The notes under the pieces: model-generated
Database searches by the model: none
The model's input: only the letters and a program-made list of their open reading frames with translations
Told to the model about the DNA's origin: nothing
Source: Epiperipatus broadwayi
Taxonomy: Eukaryota > Animalia > Onychophora
NCBI GenBank assembly: GCA_028023455.1
Contig: JAQFVV010000009.1
Span: forward strand, 7,750,001 to 7,814,000
Direction: 5' to 3'
Length of the DNA: 64,000 nt
In this document: positions 54,283-64,000 of the stretch, piece by piece
Layout: every line of letters starts with the position of its first letter
Numbering within the stretch: position 1 is the first letter of the stretch
Made by a program: the position numbers and the translations under genes

Positions 54283-54777
54283 AGCCAATAAACATCTCAT
54301 GATCACCATTCCTTATGCTTGCTTATAATTGTTATTAAAGAAATGATGATCATATGATGTTTATTGCTTAAAACCAATCCTGCCTAATAGGATAATGATG
54401 GCTATGGTTATTAAAGAACCAAAGACACCAAAATGTGTAAGTACTGAACTGAATTCAGAGCTGTATGACTATATAAACTAATGAGTTTGGATTGAAAGCA
54501 TTATTGTGTTTTCAATTTAAGACTCATACTTTTGTAGTTAAATAAAGATAAAAAGTGATTGCTGGAGGATTGCATTAGATCCTAAGATTTAGGTGCAGTA
54601 TTCTCAGATCCAAGGCTCCTCATTGATGAAGGCCATAAGCTAGAAACTAGTCTGAGGATATTGGATGAGTAGGCACTAGATGGGGATTTTATGCACAAGC
54701 CTTCTGGCATCTATTCATTACTATAGCTTGCTGAGTGGCAATACTGTATGGAGAGTTTTGCCTGTTTTAATAACTGT
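54283..54777 (+). mobile_element. Hammerhead retrozyme-like insertion, locus 4 (short inverted piece 54283-54340 plus about one plus-sense monomer)
   Basis: Homologous to the monomer. Flanked by CATTATT(A/G)TTA at 54272-54282 and 54778-54788 (10/11 identical). Confidence 0.88.
54608..54666 (+). ncRNA. Type I hammerhead ribozyme, copy F (perfect stem I, C3U core variant)
   Basis: AUCCAA-GGC-UCCUCA UUGAUGA AGGC-CAUAA-GCUA GAAA CUAG UC UGAGGA-UA-UUGGAU. Confidence 0.82.
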
Positions 54778-56639
54778 CATTATTGTTATGCTAAGATATG
54801 AATTAACTTCCCTTGATTTAGAGTTTAGCGATTATTAGTTTTGTGGAATAACTTGGTTTTTGTGAATCTAAACATATCAAAAAAAGATGTTTTGAACAAA
54901 TTTGTATTAGTTTAAATATTGCATACCAGATATTCAGGCTTTTAATTTGTAGTGTTAAAAATTTTAGTCTTTTACATTATTATCAATAATTATTTATTGC
55001 TAAATCATCCTTTTGATTGTCTATTATTACTGGAAGTCATTTTTCAAAGTTTTGAGTTATATTTGTATATCATTGTGTTTATAATTTTATACCAAATAAA
55101 TGGTTAGCCACTTGGGAGTTCATATGATATATGACCATCAGAAGTTACATGTTGGGGTTTTTATTCAAGAAAAATCTAGCGTTTGACATTGTTGTTGTCA
55201 CTCTGCAATGGTTTCTGACTTTTACTTTTATCAGTGAGGTTAGGAAGTAATGCAGCAATTTTAATTCCATTTTATTATTCAAGTTAAAGGCCTGCAATTT
55301 AAAATGTTTTAAGATTTTGAACTAAATTCAGAGTGTTTTAAATGTTAAGTTTTTAGTGTGAATTATAAAATGAAGTTAAAGATGGTCTCTAGATGCATAA
55401 CTACTGTGTTTCCAGCTTTGAATTCTGAGCCTATTGATAAATGCAAAAGCCAAAAACTTGCCTGGAATAGGAATTTGAATACTCTAACATTTAATAATTA
55501 TTATTATTAAAGCCTACTATAGTATTAGAATAGAAAGCTGTTTGCTTTACCATATATTGTATGAACTATAGAGATAACTAATTGCTACATATGAAAAAAA
55601 TCAGTCTCTACAACAACCATATATAAGGTTTGAAATACAGGCATTTTTATACATGGACCCAATTGTAAATATAGGGGATTTGAATTCAGACTTTCAAACA
55701 ACCTTCAACTATCCACACTATTAAACAATCATATATGTAAAAAAAAGAATTACATTACTTGCCATTATAAAATTAAATAATTACTGTAATTTTTGCATTC
55801 AAATGTCACTAAACATGGCAAGTGTTATTAGCCATCAGCTCAGCCGCCTTGCAAGCAAGCAGTTGGTTGCAGATGGTTTTTGCAGGTTTGCCTCCCAGCT
55901 GATGCTATGACATATGGAAAAAAATGTCACCAAACATCAATACTTTGGATTATTCACTCATCTGATAATTTTATTAACTATTTATATACATTGGAGCAGA
56001 TTGACATTGTAAATTCTGCTACTTTTATGTATCTATTATTCAAAGACTTCCTTGTAATTGAATATATACAATAAAAGTGTTCCAAACTATAAATCCAAAA
56101 TCAAATGAAAATGATTACTGCGTGTTAAAAAAAAAATTAATTTTCTTTCATCTAAAAAAATCATGAGCATATTTATAAAGTAAATTATTCTAGATGAAGA
56201 AAAAAGTGATCAAAACCAGAGGATTTGTCCTTCATTTGAAAAATAATATAAGACTTTTAATGAAATAAGATTTTTGCTAGCATTTGTCTGACTTTCATTA
56301 CATTCCACTTGAAATGTAAGCAGCATAGTTATTTCTATTGTTGCAGATATAGCATTGTGATTTCTAGCTGCCTGACAAACTGTCAGCATATGAAAGTTTA
56401 GATCACAACAGTGTTTTTAAGAAAAAAATCCTTTTTCCATGTGGTATCAAGAGAAAAAGAAAAATTGCAATACCAGAAATGAAATTTTAAGCACCATCCC
56501 AAAAAGAATAGATGATTCTTATATACTTATCAATGAAAATAATGATGAAATAAAATAAATCTCTCCTAGAAGTTTATTGAGACATTTGGTTTTTTTTTTA
56601 ATTTCTCATGAGTAATTATTGAATCGTTATCTAACATCC

Positions 56640-57766
56640 ATTTTCTATGCAGATTTTACTGCTTATGATCTCCATTGCCTGGCAAATCTGCACTACTGAA
56701 CATGTTAATTTTTCCCAGATTGAACTACTTTCTTCCCATGATAAAGCTTACCAAAACTTTTGAAACTGCACTAAACTCACTATGTTTGAGGCTCTTATGG
56801 AAAGGCAAAGTAGTTGCTATAAGCATATCAAAAGCACACATGCCCAAAGATCTGAATGGGTTAAGTCTTCATTCCATATCCACGCTTTACCTACAAAAAG
56901 CAATTGGAGTCATGAGGACAATATATCACAAGCACTCCGATCAGAACACATTCATACCAGTAACACCAATGGATACACCTCCACCATTCTGCAGCAAATG
57001 GTTGTCAGATTTATGGATATACATAACAGGGGGAATAAGTCTATTGAAACCTATCCTAGAATCAAAGAGAACATACTGGAAAATTTACAAACTTAAAAAC
57101 CCAAACCTTACTCCATCTCTGAACTCTCTGGGACTAAACAATAAACTGCTAATTCTCAGATCCAAAAAATGGTTTTTGAAATCCAAACATATAGATTTTT
57201 TCCAGAAACTAAATCTCTCCTCCCTACTCACAAGCCACTTCCTGGTCTATAGGAGAGGTTTTGCCAATCTCAACTCACAGTGTCAGCTTTGCTCAACAGC
57301 TGATGAAACCATTACCCATCTCCTACATGACTGCCCATTCCTTAGCCCACTCAGAACTTTCATCCACCAAAAAGTTTCAATAGACTATAGAAACACACGT
57401 TGCATGCAAAACACATGGGCATTTTTTCGACCATCAGAACATCCATTTTTCTCACTTTTGCCGTCTGGTTCACCAGGTGCAAGTACATCTTTGGACAGGC
57501 AAATAACAATGTCAGCGATATCTTCTTAAAACTATTAAGAAGTACTCATGATAGAGACCAGCTTCTTGCATCAGACAGGCTACACATTGATTCTTGGCTA
57601 AGATAGACATAGTCTAGTAAGAATTTGCAACCCAAGATCTTCAGTTACCTGCAATCAGGCCATCTGGCAGAAATTATTTAGCAGAAGACTCAAGTCCAAA
57701 GATTGATTTGTCATTGTATTCTTTTTTGATTTAGTTAATAAAATTCTTTTTTTGAAAAAAAAAAAA
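56640..57766 (+). mobile_element. 5'-truncated L1/Tx1-type LINE with poly(A) tail
   Basis: ORF 56675-57529: GKSALLNMLIFPR, LCLRLLWKGKVVAIS, CQLCSTADETITHLLHDC, clearly homologous to the 38-41 kb copy. AATAAA at 57737-57742; A12 at 57755-57766. Confidence 0.92.
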
Positions 57767-58967
57767 GAGTGTTAGCTCAAACAAATCACAATTCCCTAAC
57801 AGATATATAAATCAAACTTCAAAAACTTGGGAGATAAAGATCACTGGAAATAGAGATATGTAGAGAAAATACTTTTTTAAAGAGAAAATAAAACTTAGAC
57901 AATGCTTGTTTAAATTTTATTTTCACTGCTCTCTATATAAGATGGATAGAATTTCTTGTTTAAAATTTACAGATGTATTCTTTTTTTTATTTCAAAAATT
58001 ATCACATGATGTTTTAATAATAACAGAAATAAAATAAATTCAAATTTCTTCAAGATACTCTCACACCATTGGAATCTTATACCATCTTTAAATAGTAGAG
58101 AAGTTTGGAGATTAGCAGTTTTAATTTAATAAAGATAATCCCTGATCTGATAAATATATATTTATCATTCATTCAATATACTCATTTCTACATCATTTTT
58201 ATCTTAAACCAGAAAAAATATTTAAACCAATTTTTCAGAAGGGAAAAGATATTTAAAAATATTAAACATCAAATGCAATAAATAAAGAAATACATTCAAA
58301 TGACTTAATTACTGAAGAGTTCAAAAGAAATTCAGGTACCATAATTGACAGAATTGGATATGATCTGTCGATTTTAAGTTGAGTGTTTGCACTCTTCCAC
58401 TGAATCAGATCATACTGGGCAATGCAATAAATATTCTTATGTCTTAAGATAGGAGTTGATGGACAAATTCCCAATTTTTAGCTCAGTTAGCTTTGGTGCT
58501 CAAACATCACACAGTTTTCCTAAAATTTAATTATATAATTATTACCCATTAGTTAGCTCTAACTCTTTCCTAATCAATTTTGCAATCATCCTACATTAAT
58601 AATATTGTTTATTTTATTCACATGATTACAGATTTCTTCAAGTAATCATCATGCACAAAACTTGATAATTTTATTAAAGAGGAAAATAGTAGCAGTTGAT
58701 AGAAAATTTGTGATAAAGGCATTTCACTTGTAGTTTCAATTAAACTCTAGGAAGGTAGGGCTGGTTTCTATCCTCTTTTACACCTTGTGAAAAACAGTAA
58801 TTATTGTACAGTAGAAATATTTTCAGATTTTTAAATTTTTATCAACACACCCTGTTACATCACAATTTAAGAAAAAATGTCTATATATACTTCAACAAAA
58901 ATCAATAAACTAAATATTAACCATGATAAAAACACAGTTGCTGAAGCTTTAAACATAAAATTACAAA

Positions 58968-59020
58968 TATAAAGCTGAGCGCTTTCGGGGGACTTAAGCC
59001 TCCATAATCATAGCCCAATA
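58968..59020 (-). ncRNA. Minimal PLE-type hammerhead-like motif with AUGAUUA core
   Basis: UAUUGGGCU AUGAUUA U-GGAGG-CUUAAGU-CCCCC GAAA GCGC UC| AGCUUUAUA. Stem III is palindromic (AGCGCU). The core differs from CUGAUGA at positions 3 and 8. Confidence 0.55.
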
Positions 59021-59033
59021 CAATATAAAATAC

Positions 59034-59241
59034 AGTTTTAACAAGGCTGTAAACCTTAGCAATGAGCGTCTGAAAAAATCGTCACTAGGGACCTCTGTAG
59101 GTCTTTAAAACACATGCTTACGATATTCACCTATTTATATATAACTTCATAACGTAAGCATGTGTTTTAAAGACCTACAGAGGTCCCTAGTGACGATTTT
59201 TTCAGACGCTCATTGCTAAGGTTTACAGCCTTGTTAAAACT
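59034..59241. repeat. Perfect 89 bp inverted repeat with 30 nt spacer
   Basis: 59034-59122 is the exact reverse complement of 59153-59241 (checked base by base). Confidence 0.97.
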
Positions 59242-60900
59242 ATTACTGAAATAATAGTGAGCGTTTAATAAATTTATAATTACAACTTTAAATATAAAAT
59301 ACAATAAATATCATACTAAAACTAAAGCTTTGGGTAATTCTGTGTTTGTGGAACATGAAAATAAGGCTGGACATCTATTTCAACCAGTAGAGGCAAAATT
59401 AATGTGTACTGAGAAGAATGCTGTAAAGTGTAAGATTAAAGAAGCTTGTTTTATAGCTGGTAATCCCAATGCTATTAATAGAAAGGATTCTTGTTTTAAT
59501 ATTTCTAAAATGTGGACGTTATAATATTTATTTTTATTATATTTTATTTTATAGCTTTATATTTGTAATTTTATGTTTAAAGCTTCAGCAACTGTGTTTT
59601 TATCACAGTTATTATTTAATTAAGAAACTGAGATTAGGGCTTTTTTTATTGAAGAAACTGAGATTAAGGTTTTTCACTATGACTATATTTCATAAATAAT
59701 CTAATGCAAATTTTGTTCACTTAATTTTAGAATTTTTTTATTTATTTTTAATTTTGATTTCAATAAATATAGCAAGATAGCTTTAGTTGGCAGAAGAGAA
59801 CAAATTAACATCCATTAGTTCAATCTCTTTTACCAGGTCAGGTATAAGTATTCTGTATAGGAATGTCATATAAAAAGATAGTTTTCCATGTCACATGTCT
59901 CTTCAATTAATTATTGAATATGTCAAAGATAATTGTTAAACTTAAACTTTTCAAGTGTGTTCAATGTTATTTTTTCTTTTGAATGGTAAATTTTGGGTGT
60001 TAAGACATTTATCATAATTAATTGATTATCAGAGGTAATATTATTTCATACTGTTTTTGAAATCGTGTTCTTTTTTTTTTTAAAAAAAAAAGATTTTTAG
60101 GATATTCTTTTTAAAACGAATTATTAAATAATTTTTTATTTTTAAAAATATTAAAATTTTTATATATAGATAAAACAGTGTAAATTTACATTTTTAAACT
60201 GGATTTTATAAAAATATTCACCAATTAATGGTGTCATTTTACAATCGAGCATAATTTTTTATGCCAACTAGCTGAAACAATGAATCCACTTTCATTGGAT
60301 GTCCAAAGTTTTTAAATAGATATATAAAAGAATAAACAATAAGAGCATCTAAATTTCATTATTGTTGCTGTCATTGTTTATTCTACATGTCTATTCATGA
60401 ACTTGGATATCAGATGAAAATTAGATTCATTTTGTCATCTGTTTTAGCTAAATTTGACACCAGGTATCATGAAAAATTGTTTTGAATTATTAAACATTAA
60501 TGTTAGTAAATATTTACTACATCATGGCTTTTATAGAACCTATATCAACATTGGGGAGACCTTATGTATCAGTAACATTATCAAAAACATCAAAAGTTTT
60601 TTTAGTGATACATTAACTCAAGAGATCTTATTTCTAGAATTAGTTTCAGAATTAACTTTAGTTTATTGTTTACCCTTTATGGAAATATTTTTTAATGTGT
60701 AAAATTTTTTTTATTGTAAATCATTTTTCAATAGAGGGTTGATATTTTTTATATATACATATTTGCCGTTAAGTTGTGTGTTGGAACAGATTTTGTAGTT
60801 TTTGAGAATGGATTTTTTTAAAGAAGACAATACTAAATTTAAATAAGTAAATTAACACAATTTATTTGCTTGAATCCAAGATTTCTGAATAATTGCATAT

Positions 60901-60964
60901 GTATTAAACCACTATAACATCACATGATCACCATTTCTTTTGCTTACACAATCTGTTAACACAG
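60901..60964 (-). mobile_element. Short fragment of the retrozyme-like monomer (no ribozyme)
   Basis: gtattaaaccactataacatcacatgatcaccatttc matches 26580-26614. Confidence 0.8.
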
Positions 60965-62891
60965 TAGCTACTTTTAATATTTAAGATAAATTTAGAATTA
61001 AATATATATTGTAGCTCTTGGATCTGCCCAAGACTCCTTTTTTTGAATTAACTATGTAGGATAATGTTTAATAAAAATTTTCCTCATAGTTTGTATATAT
61101 ATTTTTCCTTCAATAGACAAACTTTCTAGCCAATGCTAGGTTTGAACCCATATTCTTAGGGATTGCATATGTTTTATTTGGTAGGCAATCTAAGCATTTG
61201 TCATTAAAAGATTTCTAGGCAAAAGATTGTTTTATTTAATGTTAATTTATGGGACAATTTAATATTAAAGATATAATTTATTAGATAAGCAATATTTATA
61301 GATCATTTAATAGTTGGAGATTGGAAAGAAGGGAGGGGATGTGCAGTTTGTAAAACTACTTTAGAGAGTGAAAATAGATAGTCATAGTTTTACACTGACA
61401 GGTTAGAACTAAATAGTTCATAAAATTAAATTGTAAAAAAAATAATAATTAAGGATTAGAATATTAAACAATCGGTTTAATTGAAATTGTATATATGAGA
61501 CATGTATGCGTGTGTATTTAAGCTAGTTGTGGATTTTAATTATAAAGTTCACAATTAAATAATAATAATCATCTCATGGGGAACTCCTTAAAGAAGAAAT
61601 TAAGTCATTTTAATAGTTTATTCATAGCAGCCAAAATTTCGGTCAAGATTCTGGGTTTGAAGTTGAGTTGCTATACATTTTTTTTATTATTATTATAGAA
61701 AAAGTAAAAGGGGGAAAAGAGCTTTCTCTCATTTATTCTGAGGGGAGAGCTTTTTGTCATTTGTTCTTTGGTGTGATTTCCACAAGCATCGAATTACCAA
61801 AGTAAATTACTAAAGTGATTTAAGTGATATCTATAACGACAGGAATGTAAGTTTAAAATTAATTGGTGATTATCTATTGGAATGCAGATATGAATTTGGA
61901 AGATGGTTTTTCAAAAGGGCAGAAGTTTAAAATAACAAGAAAGAAAAAGAAACAAAAGGCAATTAATCAGGAAAACACTGGCCAGACATTGGAAAGGTTA
62001 TTGGAAGATCACTGTTGGGAGGCAGGGGAATGAAGGAAGCCAGACACTATAAGAGCTCGTGCTTTTGTAAAAAAAAAAAAGGAATCTCTTTTGGCTGGTC
62101 TCTGTTATTGGTTATCTCTCTTGGCAGGCTCTCATCATTGGTTTTATAGAGAAGCTTTGCTGTAAAAGTTTAAAGAAACATTTTTTTAAGAAAGAAGAAA
62201 AGAGAGAAAAAGAAATCGTTTATTGTTAATTATTCTGTCTGTCTCTTGAAACAAACTTTGCCAAATTTAATAATATAAGTTAAAAAAAAGTCTCTTGAGT
62301 AAATTTTTATTGGTGCACATCGTTCTTCCCGAAATTAATCAATGTCATGATTTGTATTATATAGTTGATTTATCAAGAATCAGCAAATGGTAAAATTTAA
62401 ACTACAGAAAAAAAAAATCTAAATTTTGATTTTGATTTCGTATATAAAGCATTAAATCTGAATGCTATAATTTCATATAAAGCGTTAAATCTGAATACTA
62501 AGTGAATTGAAAAATACAACAAGAAGTGGACTTATATATTTAAAAATTAAAACAAGTTCTATTCAGCTGTAATCCACAGAAATCAAAATGAGGAAAGCTT
62601 CTCAGCAACATGAAAACTTTGTACATTTTGGCATAGGAATCAAATTCTATCACAGTGACTTTTTCCACATAAAGTCATGTGCACACACAAACAAACCAAA
62701 GAAGAAAAAAATGGAAAAATGGAAACCAAAAACCTGAAGGACACTTCTGGAGAACTATTTAAGTATATTTTTATTATTTGATATTCATGTAGAACATTTA
62801 ATTTAAAAAAAAGAAAAGAAAATAATTTTTTTTTATCATATATATCCATTTAAAATTAATCCATGTTAGAATTATAATTGCTATTATTTTG

Positions 62892-63029
62892 GGGGTAGAT
62901 GAAATTAATATCAAGTCATTGTGTATGTGCCTGTTAAATGCTTTCATTATTATTATTATTATTATCATTTAGGGGTAGATGAAATTAATACCAAATCATT
63001 CTGTATGTGCCTTGTTTTAAATGCTTTAC
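62892..63029. repeat. Imperfect tandem duplication, period about 80 bp
   Basis: ggggtagatgaaattaata...tgtatgtgcc...aaatgcttt starts at 62892 and again at 62972. Confidence 0.9.
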
Positions 63030-64000
63030 ATTTTTTTTTATGAAAAGAGTGAGAGATATTGTTGTGGGAAATGTTTTTGGATCGGATCAGGAATTCTTGT
63101 CAAGTGCTTAGACCTAATGCTATGTTTTATGAAGGTTGTGTGACTGTTGGGCTAAAACATCATCATTATCCTATAAAAGTGCAGAGAAGTAGTTTTAAAA
63201 TTTTAATGCGCATTTCTTATTACTATTATCATAAAGTTAAAGCTAGATACAAGCTAATTAAGGCTTGGAAAAATTGTTGGCTGATGTTCTAGTGTACTAT
63301 TTCGCAAGAGTAATGTAGATGTGAAAGTTTTTACTTGTACAAATTGATGTTAGACCCATATATAATGTGGATGGACAAAAAAGAGTCCCCACCAAGCTAG
63401 TGGAGTCATAGTTTAGCTTGCTCACTAAGATATTTATACTATATTTATAAAGTATTTAAACACAGTGGAAGAGTTTTCCCACTTAGTTATTTTCTACACT
63501 GTAAGATGATTTCTTTGTTGATGGCCAAAGGTTAATAGGTAAACCCAAGTCTCTTTGTATGACTAGCGATAAAAATCCTAGCATACCTCAACCTTAGTGA
63601 AAAGGTTTTCTCTTATTCGGGTCACTGCCTGCCTCATGTTAATGTTGATATTCCTTACGGGTGTATGAAATATAGCTATTACTAAGCATTACTTATAAAT
63701 GTTGGATACAGGGTCGCAAACTCAATTTGATGTCAGGATGAGTGCTGATAGTGTGTGTGCAATTGGTGTACTTGAACATTGTTTTGTTGATACATTTTAA
63801 TTTATCAATGAGAGCCAAGAGTAATAACGTCAATAAATATTCAACTTAAGGGTTAAATAAAACCTACGAATATCGTAAGCCATGCGTATGTATCTGAAAT
63901 TATCTAATAAATATATCTGCAGCCAGCTGAGAACTTCGCTGGAAAGGTAATATTACTAAAATATTATTATTGTCATAAGAACATGAATATAGTGTGTATG

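Larger units (their letters stand above)
58911..59618. mobile_element. Penelope-like element 3' remnant with inverted pseudo-LTR segment
   Basis: ORF 59330-59524 (NSVFVEH...GH...AKLMCTEKNAVKCKIKEACFI...INRKD...ISKMW) matches the PLE GIY-YIG C-terminus. 59553-59618 is the inverted copy of 58911-58976. Confidence 0.8.

Noticed and set aside
61860-62035. Short Lys-rich plus-strand ORF (MNLEDGFSKG...) and the other 60-80 aa ORFs in AT-rich flanks
   Set aside because: They have low-complexity I/L/F/K/N composition expected by chance at this AT content, and no motifs.

Overview
Very AT-rich, CpG-depleted eukaryotic (probably invertebrate) repeat-rich DNA, most likely intergenic or intronic. I cannot support an intact host gene, an rRNA gene or a CRISPR array. 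The window holds a decayed Ty3/Gypsy retrotransposon (minus strand, about 1.2-6.5 kb) between two ~1 kb direct repeats, five L1/Tx1-type LINE copies (one with a TSD-bounded 5' inversion), two RTE fragments, Penelope-like (GIY-YIG) 3' fragments and tRNA-derived SINE-like heads. The main observation is a dispersed family of 451-458 nt, circularly permuted, tandem monomers at four large loci plus one fragment. Each complete monomer carries a type I hammerhead ribozyme (CUGAUGA...GAAA-CUAG-UC, 6+6 bp stem I with an internal loop, palindromic minimal stem III), which makes this a retrozyme-like family. All four large insertions have a head-to-head inversion, and three have 11-12 bp TSDs, pointing to TPRT mobilisation of a circular or multimeric RNA. 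All six full ribozyme copies share an unusual A-A opposition at the base of stem II. Two other unrelated hammerhead-like families (about 18.2-18.7 kb and 59.0 kb) sit in inverted-repeat structures. All alignments, translations and folds were done by eye; no searches were run.
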